Shown here one piece after another: positions 20,312 to 29,429 of a DNA stretch of 64,000 nt (positions within the stretch are counted from its first letter, which is position 1; the number at the start of each line of letters is the position of its first letter). Below the pieces are notes generated by a model, which made no database searches, had not been told where the DNA came from, and worked only from the letters and a program-made list of their open reading frames with translations. A program made the position numbers and the translations under genes. The stretch is from a virus, in IMG/VR virus record IMGVR_UViG_3300030109_006161, positions 45,250 through 109,249 of that record. The stretch is one strand, 5' to 3'.

Positions 20312-20781
20312 TATCCTTCAGATCCGTCATAGCCAAACGATGTATTACTTGGATCGTTTAGATAGTGCCTCATTACAAAACCAGAAGCATGTAAACCATC
20401 TCCTTCACCCGCTACCTCTTCCCTATCAGACCATGCACTCAATATCATTCCATTATTGTGAGGTATACCAGGGTAAACCTGTATCAAGCCTGTTCCATGA
20501 GATATTGCTACTTTGATAGTTTTTGTTTCTAAAACACTTCCTATTCCTAGATATAAATTTATTGATGCAGAATGATAATTGTTGCAATATAAATAAATCT
20601 CATCTAAGGCACCAAGATCACACGTATGTATTGTTACTGCATTTGCAGACCCAGATGGTATTGAAATAGGATCGTTCGTAGAACCTGCCCCAGATAATTT
20701 ATATCTTGCATGACTTACAGGAGATCCAGTCCAAGATAGTCCTAGTGTAGGTGGTTCACTTGTTTTGTTGGAAAATCCCAT
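20311..20781 (-). CDS. Hypothetical beta-rich, probable structural protein
   Basis: ORF track; Ser/Gly/Thr-rich; late-type motif upstream. Confidence 0.5.
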   Translation of the reverse strand: MGFSNKTSEPPTLGLSWTGSPVSHARYKLSGAGSTNDPISIPSGSANAVTIHTCDLGALDEIYLYCNNYHSASINLYLGIGSVLETKTIKVAISHGTGLIQVYPGIPHNNGMILSAWSDREEVAGEGDGLHASGFVMRHYLNDPSNTSFGYDGSEG

Positions 20782-20819
20782 TTTTTATACCCTCACAATA
20801 GTATAAATATTCAACAAAT

Positions 20820-20999
20820 TTAGATTTTGTCATCACCAAACATGTTAGTTACTAAAATACCACGTTTTTTTTCTTCATTGTTGTTTTGTGAAACCACAAT
20901 CTCAGGCATTACCGGCAACTCTAATTCCAATTGGTATTGAGGTGTTATTTTTTCTCTTTTCACAATGACAACAAATTTAGTTTTGCTAATCGAGGACAT
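20820..20999 (-). CDS. 59-aa hypothetical protein
   Basis: Manual translation MSSISKTKFVVIVK...; SD AGGAG. Confidence 0.55.
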   Translation of the reverse strand: MSSISKTKFVVIVKREKITPQYQLELELPVMPEIVVSQNNNEEKKRGILVTNMFGDDKI

Positions 21000-21022
21000 C
21001 TTATCTCCTAAGGTATAATGTA

Positions 21023-21943
21023 TTATTTACCTAAAGACTTAACGGTTGGAATATGAAAATATTCGTCTAATTTGTGATTTAATCTGTCTAGTTTTTCAGT
21101 CGTTGTAGTTGAGGTGGCATCACCACCTTTATTTAGTGACCCCCAGACTTCCATCTCTGCTTTAGCAATTGATTTCTTTAAGAAAATCTTTATAGCTACC
21201 AAGGGTGAAGCAACTCCAATATTCTCCATTGATCTGTATCCTGCAAAAATAATACCGACCAGTTCGTTGTTTATATTTATTATTGGAGACCCACTGCTTC
21301 CAGGTTTTGTTGGTATAGTATACATCGCATACCCTTCTGGGGAATATCCAGAAAAGTAACCATCAAAAGTAAGAACCATTTGAGGAGATACAATACCGTG
21401 TGGTGCTGCCATATTGTAACAAAGTTCTCCACGCTTTGGCTCACTAGCAGAAACTCTAAGTACCGGGGGTTTTATAAAAACATTATCTACTGAGAGTAGA
21501 CATGTATCAAACCTCTTATCGATAGAAACAACCTTTGCCCTGTGCTTCAAGCCACTATAATCAACGACTGTAAATCTCTGACCTAAGTGAGTTATCTTAA
21601 CTCCGGACACCACGGCTTGTGGTTTGAATGTGCTCTTGCACGAGTGTCCGGCTGTTAGAACATAACTAATGCTACTGTCAACTTCACTATGAGCCACATA
21701 AGAACCAGAAGATACTGCTCTCATAACAGCTTTTTTACACTTTTCTTTCTTTGTCTTTTCATCAAGTTCACAACCTTCCCATAAGGTTTCGGTTCTAATC
21801 TGGACAAAAGATTTGACAGGAAAATTGTGCCTTACCGGCTTAATCTTGGGAGATGAAGCACACGCTCCAGCACAACTAGCAACCGTAATATACAACAGGG
21901 TGATTATACACACTCGGGGTAGGTCGGTAAATATACGCATCAT
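21023..21943 (-). CDS. Trypsin-like (S1) serine protease with signal/lipoprotein leader
   Basis: LTAGHSC, D in RFDTCLL, PGSSGSP; hydrophobic N-terminus with VASC. Confidence 0.85.
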   Translation of the reverse strand: MMRIFTDLPRVCIITLLYITVASCAGACASSPKIKPVRHNFPVKSFVQIRTETLWEGCELDEKTKKEKCKKAVMRAVSSGSYVAHSEVDSSISYVLTAGHSCKSTFKPQAVVSGVKITHLGQRFTVVDYSGLKHRAKVVSIDKRFDTCLLSVDNVFIKPPVLRVSASEPKRGELCYNMAAPHGIVSPQMVLTFDGYFSGYSPEGYAMYTIPTKPGSSGSPIININNELVGIIFAGYRSMENIGVASPLVAIKIFLKKSIAKAEMEVWGSLNKGGDATSTTTTEKLDRLNHKLDEYFHIPTVKSLGK

Positions 21944-22041
21944 AAAATAACTATCTTAGAATAAGAACTTAAAGAAAATTTTCTGCCTATGTAGTGTGTA
22001 GGAAAGCCACAGTTTGTACCTACAAAGGAAGGAAAAAGAAC

Positions 22042-22338
22042 ATGTTATCAGCCCCAAGAAGTTTACTATCTCTAACTACACTATTTGTATTATTCCTCAG
22101 TTCTGTCTCAAGTGCTACAGAGAACGAGAGTAGAATAATACCTCTTGAACCTGTCTGGGAAATGGTTGATGGAGAGTGGAAGTTTAAGGAATCTAAGACA
22201 ATTGAAAAAGAGATTCTCATACACATAACATCCTCTAGAAAAAATATTCAAAATAAAAACCTACTTATTAAAGAACTTGTAAAACTTCCTTTTGTGGTTA
22301 TTGTAGAAAAGAGTGACCTGGAGGTTGTGACAAAATAA
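22042..22338 (+). CDS. Secreted hypothetical protein
   Basis: Signal-peptide-like N-terminus; SD AAGGAAGG. Confidence 0.55.
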   Translation: MLSAPRSLLSLTTLFVLFLSSVSSATENESRIIPLEPVWEMVDGEWKFKESKTIEKEILIHITSSRKNIQNKNLLIKELVKLPFVVIVEKSDLEVVTK

Positions 22339-22348
22339 AAGGAGCAAT

Positions 22349-22819
22349 ATGAAATTATATACAAAGTCTAGAGCGCTCCTTGTATTTGTTTTATTTTTGG
22401 TGATAGGGTTATCTTCTTACCTTATTTATAAAAACACCCAGCCACAAATTCTACTAGCTAAGAATAACACCTATTATCTCCCAGGGCAAAAAAACAATTG
22501 CCTATGGATAATGCAAATCAATAGTAACGTTAGAGATTCTCTAGGTTCAAGTTCAGAAATAAAGATAGGTATCCCCCAAGCACAAAAAATGGGATATCTC
22601 GCTGGTAGGATTGAAGTCAGCAAAGATAAGACTCTTATACTAGCGTTTAATGCACCACAGTCTAATGGAAGTCAGCCGCCAATAGTTATGACTGCTGATT
22701 ATTATCACAAAAAGTTACCCATAGAAAACATAAGGTTCAGATGGACTCAAAGTAGTTTAGTTACAGTCGTTCTTTATAAGAATAGAAACAAATGCTTAGC
22801 ATCAATGGTGCCGAAATGA
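22349..22819 (+). CDS. Membrane-anchored hypothetical protein
   Basis: N-terminal TM; SD AAGGAG. Confidence 0.6.
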   Translation: MKLYTKSRALLVFVLFLVIGLSSYLIYKNTQPQILLAKNNTYYLPGQKNNCLWIMQINSNVRDSLGSSSEIKIGIPQAQKMGYLAGRIEVSKDKTLILAFNAPQSNGSQPPIVMTADYYHKKLPIENIRFRWTQSSLVTVVLYKNRNKCLASMVPK

Positions 22820-24096
22820 AAGATAAGTACGTTCGTTTTATTGTTTTTGTTTCTTATATTTTATTAGTTTGGCTTGTTCTTGGGTGCGAAGAAGATAGAC
22901 TCGTTAAACTTGAGTGCATCCCTGGTGAAAAACTTGTGTGCGACGAGAACGGGCAGGATTTTCCTGCGGCTGATCCTATTGATATCGCACAACGAGCAGG
23001 TCAGTGTTCTTACGGTTTAAAAACCTGTACAACAAGTGGTTGGTCTGAATGTTTAGGAGCACGGGGACCAGCCGAGGAAATTTGTGATGGCATAGATAAT
23101 GATTGTGATGCAGCTATAGATGAAACGTACCCAGAAATGCATCAGCTTTGCGGGTTTGAAGAAGATGCTGATTATGGGGTTGGTATCTGTACGCCTGGTG
23201 TTATGAAATGCGACAATGGAGGTCTGTATTGTGATGGGCATATTGGACCGACCGAAGAAATATGTGATGGGGTTGACAACAATTGCAATGGAACTGTTGA
23301 TGAAAATATTCCTAATTCAACAGCAGTTGTTTGTTATGAAGGACCAGATGGAACTTTAGGTATTGGAGAATGTCGAGCAGGAGTCAGATATTGCACTGAC
23401 GGTAACTTTGGTGGACCTTGTGATAATCAAACTTTACCAATTTTAGAAAGATGTGACGACCTAGACAACGATTGTGATGGTGAAGTGGATGAAGGTTTTG
23501 ATAATCGTGGTGTAGATTTAGTTTTTGTTCTCGATATATCCGGATCCTTTAGGGATGAGATAGACTCAATGATTCAAGGCATAGCTCCCCTTTTAGACGA
23601 CCCGATAACGAGCACATTTCGCTTTGGACTTGTTGTTGTAGGTGCTAGGGGCGGTGACGATCTAAGACCACCATATTACCTCGCAAGAATGGTTTCTGAT
23701 TTTGTATATGCTGATGAATTTCTTGCCGTGATAGAAGCCGGTAGAATGATTGATAGTGCAGGACAAGAACCAACAATAGATACAATGTTTTGGTCAATGA
23801 ATACATATCCGTTCTCATGGCGACCAGAAGCACAAAAAGTTATTATAACAATGACTGATGAAGAAGCTCAGACAATGAACGAGCGCCCTATGTCTTGCGT
23901 CGAGGTGGGTGAAATATCAAATACTTTAGGTTTTGAACTATTCGTGTTTGCCCTCGAACAACATCATAATACATTTATAAATTGTGTAAGAGGTGAAAGA
24001 GATAGACTTTACACTCCGACTGCAAATTCTGAAACTGTATTCTTACAAATTAGAGCTATTTTTGAAGATCTTTGTATTGGTCAGGGCGCTCCATAG
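22816..24096 (+). CDS. Lipoprotein with Cys-rich CDGxDNDCD repeats (MopE-related/myxobacterial type) and C-terminal VWA domain
   Basis: Lipobox LVLGC; three E.CD..DN.C(D/N) repeats; DLVFVLDISGS MIDAS, ITMTDE. Confidence 0.85.
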   Translation: MKDKYVRFIVFVSYILLVWLVLGCEEDRLVKLECIPGEKLVCDENGQDFPAADPIDIAQRAGQCSYGLKTCTTSGWSECLGARGPAEEICDGIDNDCDAAIDETYPEMHQLCGFEEDADYGVGICTPGVMKCDNGGLYCDGHIGPTEEICDGVDNNCNGTVDENIPNSTAVVCYEGPDGTLGIGECRAGVRYCTDGNFGGPCDNQTLPILERCDDLDNDCDGEVDEGFDNRGVDLVFVLDISGSFRDEIDSMIQGIAPLLDDPITSTFRFGLVVVGARGGDDLRPPYYLARMVSDFVYADEFLAVIEAGRMIDSAGQEPTIDTMFWSMNTYPFSWRPEAQKVIITMTDEEAQTMNERPMSCVEVGEISNTLGFELFVFALEQHHNTFINCVRGERDRLYTPTANSETVFLQIRAIFEDLCIGQGAP

Positions 24097-24186
24097 AGTG
24101 CCAAACACCATCAGGCGTCATATAAGCACCATATTTCCCTACTTCTGCTAGTATTATATCCTCGTCTTGAGCCTGACGAGGACCTT

Positions 24187-24462
24187 CTACTTTTTTTCAG
24201 GCTCATCCTCAAGTTCTGGTATTTGATTCACAACACTGTGTATTTGCTTGAGTTCTTTGACTGAATCATGCATGTGATTGATCAACCTGTTTATGGAGGT
24301 AAGTATTTCTTTATTATCACCAGTAGCTAAAGACTCTTGAAGTTTTTGGTTACATGTTCCAAACTTGTTAGTAAATCGACCAATAGATCGAGAGGTAAGA
24401 ATTGTAGCTACTGAGCGGATATCCTCTTCAGGTAGTGTAAAAGATACTTTCTTGTTTTTCAT
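24187..24462 (-). CDS. Hypothetical protein
   Basis: ORF track, coupled to upstream gene. Confidence 0.55.
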   Translation of the reverse strand: MKNKKVSFTLPEEDIRSVATILTSRSIGRFTNKFGTCNQKLQESLATGDNKEILTSINRLINHMHDSVKELKQIHSVVNQIPELEDEPEKK

Positions 24463-25037
24463 TGTAAACTCCTGACATGATTTAGAATAACTTGGACTAC
24501 TTGATCTTTCTCTTCATCATTTTCAGCTAGATAAAAAGCCCAAGCTGTAGTTGTTTTCTTATTAACTATTTCGCTTTCAATAGAATTGATATTATTTTCT
24601 AATAATAATATGGACTCTAGCGATAGTTCTATTAACTCTATATTGAGAGTCCCTGCTAAGTTCAGCAAAGTAGCTATATCATCTTCTTCATAGGCTAGCG
24701 AAGCTTCGGAAAATAAGCCTGAGTATGAGTTATCCCCTGTTTTATCAGGATGTGTTTTTTCGGCTATCTTTCTGTATAATAATCTTATGTCTTTGTTTTT
24801 TTTAGTTTTTTGTTTTATTTCCCTTTCTTCGCTTAGATCCTCTTCTATAATCTTAGGTGGTGGGGAATCCACTATCTCTACTTTGGGAAACATATGTTTG
24901 TAATCATCTGGATAGTGTTTTTCGATATATGCTCTTATTTCTTTTTCTTGTATTAGACAAATTTCGTCAACTTCTTCTTTTTCAAGCAGAAGATAAGAAT
25001 ATTGTAAAGTTAGTTTCTTTATTTTGATGGAAGACAT
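24459..25037 (-). CDS. J-domain (DnaJ-like) protein
   Basis: LYRKIAEKTHPDK (HPD motif); start moved to MSSIK, downstream of the terminator hairpin. Confidence 0.7.
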   Translation of the reverse strand: MSSIKIKKLTLQYSYLLLEKEEVDEICLIQEKEIRAYIEKHYPDDYKHMFPKVEIVDSPPPKIIEEDLSEEREIKQKTKKNKDIRLLYRKIAEKTHPDKTGDNSYSGLFSEASLAYEEDDIATLLNLAGTLNIELIELSLESILLLENNINSIESEIVNKKTTTAWAFYLAENDEEKDQVVQVILNHVRSLQ

Positions 25038-25053
25038 AATAATATAGATAGGT

Positions 25054-25083
25054 AAAAGGACGGGGGACCGAAGCCCCCCGCCC
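25054..25083 (-). terminator. Intrinsic terminator after fibre gene
   Basis: GGGCGGGGGGC-TTCG-GTCCCCCGTCC-TTTT. Confidence 0.85.
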
Positions 25084-25107
25084 ATAAAACCTACTTAGAA
25101 CTAAACT

Positions 25108-27876
25108 CTACTCAGCGTGAGCCGTCAGCACCAAGATGCCGCCTTCAACCTTGAAGGAGAAGTATGCATTAGCACCGGCAGCGGTAGAGCCCGATACACG
25201 AAGTTTATCGAGACCAAACTGCTGAACACCAGAGAAGGTGTGTGCCGAAGAGAATACATCAGCATTAAGCTTAGCATCTGTTACTGCACCAGCAACAATA
25301 TGAGAAGCACTAATAGCAAGATCAGCAATCTTCGGAGCAGTCACTGCATCAGCAGCAAGCTTGGCAGTTGTAACATTGAGATCGATCAGGGCAGCCGTGT
25401 CAACAGACCCAGTACCAAGAGCTTCGATATCAACAGCAGCCGATCCAAGTTTTGCACTTGTCACTGCATCATCATTGATCTTAGCAGTTGTTACTGCACT
25501 AGCAACAATGTTAGAAGCGCTAACAGACAAGGTGGCAAGCTCACTGTTTGTCACTGCATTAGCAACGATGTGAGAAGAACTAATTGCAAGAGCTTGAATG
25601 TTGTCACCAACAACAGCACCGTCAGCAAGTTTAGCTTCAGTTACTGCATCAGCAGCAATCTTAGCAGTTGTTACTGCACTAGCAACAATGTTAGAAGCAC
25701 TAACAGCCAAAGTAGCAAGCTCACTGTTTGTCACTGCATTAGCAATGATGTGAGAAGAGCTAATTGCAAGAGCTTGAATGTTATCGCCAACAACAGCGTT
25801 GTCAGCAAGTTTAGCTTCAGTTACTGCATCAGCAGCAATCTGACCTGTGTCAACAGCCAAGCCGGCAAGCTTAGCATTTGTTACTGCTTCATCATTGATC
25901 TTAGCAGTTGTTACTGCACCATCATTGATCTTAGCAGTTATCACTGCATCAGCAACAATGTTAGAAGCACTAACAGCCAATGGAGCAAGCTCACTGTTAG
26001 TAATTGCATTAGCAACAATATGAGAAGAACTAACTGCAAGAGCTTGAATATTGTCACCAACAACAGCGTTGTCAGCAAGTTTAATTTCAGTTACTGCATC
26101 AGCAGCAAGCTTGGCAGTTGTTACAGCCAGATCATTGATCTTAGCAGTTTCAACAGCGCTAGCAACAATGTTAGAAGCACTAACAGCCAAAGTAGCAAGT
26201 TCACTGTTAGTAATTGCATTAGCAACAATGTGAGAAGAACTAACTGCAAGAGCCTGGATATTGTCACCAACAACAGCACCATCAGCAAGTTTAGCTTCAG
26301 TTACTGCATCAGCATCAAGCTTAGCAGTTGTAACACCACCATCCTTCAATCGAAGAGCATCACTGTTAATTTCGATACCGGTATCATCAACGTTGACACT
26401 AAGAGCACCACCGCCGTTTACTCCATTTGGAGCAGCCATACCGAGACCATCACCAGCTACGTCTTGATGAAGCTCTAAACGGAAACCGTTCGATTGAGAT
26501 CCAAAAGTAAAGACATTTGCCGAAGCAGACAATCTAAGAGTGTCAGCACCAGAGAAGGTTGCTGCATCAATACCTTGACCAACATCAAAACTACCTACGT
26601 TGTAGGCTGCATTAAGGGCAGCAACGAGAGAGCCTGTGGCACCAGCGAAGCCGCTAACAAGGGCATGTCCTGCTGTGACATGTGCTGCATCAGCGCCCAT
26701 TACGCCCGACATTGCAAGGTGATCGAACTCACCGTTAGAACCGGTGACAAAACCACCTAAAAAACCACCATGTAACTGATAAGGAATAGCAAACGCCCCT
26801 GATGGGTGTGCATAAGCCATACTATTTCCTCCATTTGAAGTTATTTCGACCGAACTAAAGGAAGACGAAGCATAAGTGTTCGCACCTCTAATTTTATATG
26901 TAACTGATTCGGTAACTGTAACAGATTTGGAACTTCCTGTAACCGTTTCTGTACTATTAAGTACTCCGCCAATATGCTTTTGGAGTTGTAAACTTTCAGA
27001 ATAATAATCTTCCCAACTTAAAGTTACAGAATCTCCACTTTCAACAGTTGTAGCCGAGCTAGAAAAAGAGTTTATAACAGGTGTGATAGGCTCACCGCTG
27101 ATATAAACAGGTCTGGTTAAATCTAAACTATCATATGATAAAGACTGACTTTGGACAAGTACAATATCATCATAATAACCAATATTACTTGTTCCTGAAC
27201 CTCCTCCGCCTACACGGAAAAAAGGAGTTTGGTTGGTAACATTGTTTATGTTGTATCTTTTTGATGCTTGACCGGTATAACTCCATTCACAATCATTTCC
27301 ACTATTATCAACAAAAACATCACCATTGATATCAGTGAGAACAAATCGAAGAGTTTCACCAATTCTGGATGCATATATATGAATCCAGGGTAACCCAGTT
27401 AAATTTATTTGATAAGTTTTTGCTATATACTGATCGACATCAGGCGTATCATCACCGTATGGAGCATACCATCTGATATCATAATTTGTTAGAGAATGAC
27501 CATGGAGTGCATAACTTGACATAAGACCAAGATGAGAAGATATTATTGTTTTGTGATTGCCACCCTCGGAATAAAAGGATTCACTAGTGGGTTTCCACCA
27601 AAAAGCAAGAGCAAAATCACCTTGCCCTACAGTATCGATGGTTCCCGAGGCATTTAGATATGTTCTCCGACGATAGTAAGTCGGAGGGTTTACACTATTA
27701 TCCGCTGCATCAACATAACCAACGTGAAAAGAGCTTGAACCGAACCGCTGGATGTCGGTGGCTATTTCAATTCTTTCGTTTCCACTATATCCTGTTTCTA
27801 CAAATACTACACTATTTGCAGAAGAAGTGTGTATATTTGGGTTTTCACCCGTCCAGTGATATATTCTAGCGGTCAT
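25108..27876 (-). CDS. Tail-fibre-like protein: N-terminal LamG/ConA-like domain, C-terminal 10-aa repeat shaft
   Basis: DFALAFWWKP, WIHI, GYYDDIV LamG-like motifs; about 35 AVTxAK(L/I)-type 10-aa repeats. Confidence 0.75.
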   Translation of the reverse strand: MTARIYHWTGENPNIHTSSANSVVFVETGYSGNERIEIATDIQRFGSSSFHVGYVDAADNSVNPPTYYRRRTYLNASGTIDTVGQGDFALAFWWKPTSESFYSEGGNHKTIISSHLGLMSSYALHGHSLTNYDIRWYAPYGDDTPDVDQYIAKTYQINLTGLPWIHIYASRIGETLRFVLTDINGDVFVDNSGNDCEWSYTGQASKRYNINNVTNQTPFFRVGGGGSGTSNIGYYDDIVLVQSQSLSYDSLDLTRPVYISGEPITPVINSFSSSATTVESGDSVTLSWEDYYSESLQLQKHIGGVLNSTETVTGSSKSVTVTESVTYKIRGANTYASSSFSSVEITSNGGNSMAYAHPSGAFAIPYQLHGGFLGGFVTGSNGEFDHLAMSGVMGADAAHVTAGHALVSGFAGATGSLVAALNAAYNVGSFDVGQGIDAATFSGADTLRLSASANVFTFGSQSNGFRLELHQDVAGDGLGMAAPNGVNGGGALSVNVDDTGIEINSDALRLKDGGVTTAKLDADAVTEAKLADGAVVGDNIQALAVSSSHIVANAITNSELATLAVSASNIVASAVETAKINDLAVTTAKLAADAVTEIKLADNAVVGDNIQALAVSSSHIVANAITNSELAPLAVSASNIVADAVITAKINDGAVTTAKINDEAVTNAKLAGLAVDTGQIAADAVTEAKLADNAVVGDNIQALAISSSHIIANAVTNSELATLAVSASNIVASAVTTAKIAADAVTEAKLADGAVVGDNIQALAISSSHIVANAVTNSELATLSVSASNIVASAVTTAKINDDAVTSAKLGSAAVDIEALGTGSVDTAALIDLNVTTAKLAADAVTAPKIADLAISASHIVAGAVTDAKLNADVFSSAHTFSGVQQFGLDKLRVSGSTAAGANAYFSFKVEGGILVLTAHAE
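25260..26340 (-). repeat. Coding tandem repeat, 30-nt unit with a ~180-nt super-unit (4 copies)
   Basis: Block agcaacaatgttagaagc... recurs at 25501, 25681, 25951, 26161. Confidence 0.9.
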
Positions 27877-28029
27877 AGGTGACCCCCGTTTATTAGAGTT
27901 AATAAACTTATTAATAACTTATAAGAAAACCTGTTAGTAAAACAGAAACGGTAACAGGTTATAAAACGTGGTCTGGGCTATTAGTAGTGTCCGAGACACT
28001 TTATAAACGATAGTGGTTCATTTTTATTC

Positions 28030-28057
28030 AAAAAAAAAGCCCTGCGTTAGCAGGGCT
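28030..28057 (-). terminator. Intrinsic terminator closing the tRNA cluster
   Basis: AGCCCTGC-TAAC-GCAGGGCT followed by a long T run. Confidence 0.9.
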
Positions 28058-28144
28058 GGAGGAAGAGGTGGGATTCGAACCCACGGTACATCGCTGCACA
28101 AGGCATTTCTAGTGCCTCACCATCGACCACTCGGACACTCTTCC
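28057..28144 (-). tRNA. tRNA-Ser(AGA), class II
   Basis: Acceptor GGAAGAG/CTCTTCC-T-CCA; AGGCA-CT-AGA-AA-TGCCT; long variable arm; GTGGG-TTCGAAT-CCCAC. Confidence 0.88.
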
Positions 28145-28194
28145 ATAAACAGTTTTGTGACTTGTTTAGGTCACGGTACTAGAACCGCACTTTT

Positions 28195-28270
28195 TGGAGC
28201 CGCTTATCCGACTTGAACGGATGACCGTCGGTTTACAAAACCGAAGCTCTACCAACTGAGCTAAAGCGGC
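28195..28270 (-). tRNA. tRNA-Thr(UGU)
   Basis: GCCGCTT acceptor; TCGGT-TT-TGT-AA-ACCGA; encoded CCA. Confidence 0.95.
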
Positions 28271-28272
28271 AA

Positions 28273-28349
28273 TGGCACTCCCTAGAGGATTCGAACCTCT
28301 GACCTACGGCTTAGAAGGCCGTTGCTCTATCCGGCTGAGCTAAGGAAGC
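28273..28349 (-). tRNA. tRNA-Arg(UCU)
   Basis: ACGGC-CT-TCT-AA-GCCGT; encoded CCA. Confidence 0.95.
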
Positions 28350-28352
28350 TTA

Positions 28353-28429
28353 TGGTAGACCCGCAGGGACTCGAACCCCGATAGGATCGCTTATGAGGCG
28401 ACTGCATTAACCAATTATACTACAGGTCC
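28353..28429 (-). tRNA. tRNA-CAU, probably Ile2 (lysidine substrate)
   Basis: GTCGC-CT-CAT-AA-GCGAT; C4-G69 and C5-G68; A73; no initiator features. Confidence 0.85.
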
Positions 28430-28518
28430 ATAAAGATAATATTCAATTTTCACAAAACTTTAACCAGAGAGGGCAGCCCAAGCTGGTAAACCCATTTTAC
28501 GGGCAACAAAACAAAGTG

Positions 28519-28992
28519 TTAAGAAACTAGTTCTAAATCACGCTCAGAATAGAAAGGATTATATTGGTTGGCACTACCATCGTACTGAACCTTATAATTA
28601 CCACCAGACTCAGCTTGCATAACTAAAGCAACCTTACCAGCAAGTTTCCAACGGTTGTTGCGCTTGTTATCTTTGAATCGCACCAGCGAACCAACAGAGT
28701 ACTTAGGAGGCAGAGGAACAATAGTATTTAACGCTTGCGTCAGGTTGTTCCAAAACGTACCAGGGAAATAGTCCGTGTGAGGATCAGATTTTAGACCGTC
28801 ACGAACTGTGTGAGGAGAACTAATGGTTCCGTCACTGTTAGTCCAAAACGAGAGTAATTGATTAGAGTCCTCAAACCGAGCGTAGACTTTTATCTGACCA
28901 TTGTTATGATAGTCATTTTGTGTGATATCGACTTTACGGTCTACAACTTTAGCACGATTTTCAATTTTCTTGATAGCAGCTTCAAGCTTCAT
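28519..28992 (-). CDS. Early hypothetical protein with C-terminal SH3/KOW-like domain
   Basis: YSVGSLVRF...KVALV...YKVQY; own promoter. Confidence 0.65.
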   Translation of the reverse strand: MKLEAAIKKIENRAKVVDRKVDITQNDYHNNGQIKVYARFEDSNQLLSFWTNSDGTISSPHTVRDGLKSDPHTDYFPGTFWNNLTQALNTIVPLPPKYSVGSLVRFKDNKRNNRWKLAGKVALVMQAESGGNYKVQYDGSANQYNPFYSERDLELVS

Positions 28993-29013
28993 ATCTTTCT
29001 CCCTTACAACCTT

Positions 29014-29041
29014 ATATTACTACAGATCTAATGAAAGTCAA
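29014..29041 (-). promoter_or_regulatory. Early-type promoter
   Basis: TTGACT-16-TAATAT followed by GTAAGGGAGA leader. Confidence 0.8.
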
Positions 29042-29044
29042 GTT

Positions 29045-29194
29045 TTATTTTGGAGAATAAATAGCGTCGTCGATGCCTTCTAAATATCCGCAAGCAACAA
29101 AAATGCCAACCATCAAAACACCAGCAACCCACAGCCGCAGACCACCAGCACCTTCATGACTCTCAGGGTAGAAAATAATATTTCTGATATCCAT
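29045..29194 (-). CDS. 49-aa membrane protein
   Basis: Manual translation MDIRNIIFYPE...WVAGVLMVGIFVACGYL; SD GGAGG. Confidence 0.6.
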   Translation of the reverse strand: MDIRNIIFYPESHEGAGGLRLWVAGVLMVGIFVACGYLEGIDDAIYSPK

Positions 29195-29196
29195 TG

Positions 29197-29376
29197 TTAA
29201 AATCCTCCACATTCAGCAGGGAACAGGGGACCGTTTTGTTCTGCTTGATAAGCAGCCAACTCAGAAGGAACCTCAAAAACATCCATATCAATCATGAATG
29301 TTTCCACAGCATCCTGGACTGTAGGAGCCCAAATTTTAAAGCTAGCACCACGGACTTGAATCTCAAAGCAGTTCAT
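29197..29376 (-). CDS. 59-aa hypothetical early protein
   Basis: Manual translation MNCFEIQVRG...; SD AAGGAGG and promoter directly upstream. Confidence 0.7.
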   Translation of the reverse strand: MNCFEIQVRGASFKIWAPTVQDAVETFMIDMDVFEVPSELAAYQAEQNGPLFPAECGGF

Positions 29377-29396
29377 ACCTGCCTCCTTACAACACT

Positions 29397-29424
29397 ATAT
29401 TATCACTGATAAAGAAGAAGTCAA
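29397..29424 (-). promoter_or_regulatory. Early-type promoter
   Basis: TTGACT-16-TAATAT, leader GTAAGGAGG. Confidence 0.8.
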
Positions 29425-29429
29425 GCTTT

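Noticed and set aside
25117-26478. 453-aa plus-strand Ser/Cys/Asn-rich ORF
   Set aside because: Antisense shadow of the repetitive Ala/Val/Thr fibre gene; no SD and no independent features
28095-28120. CTA in the tRNA anticodon loop suggesting an amber suppressor
   Set aside because: The 5-bp stem and U33 place the anticodon at AGA; CTA is at positions 32-34
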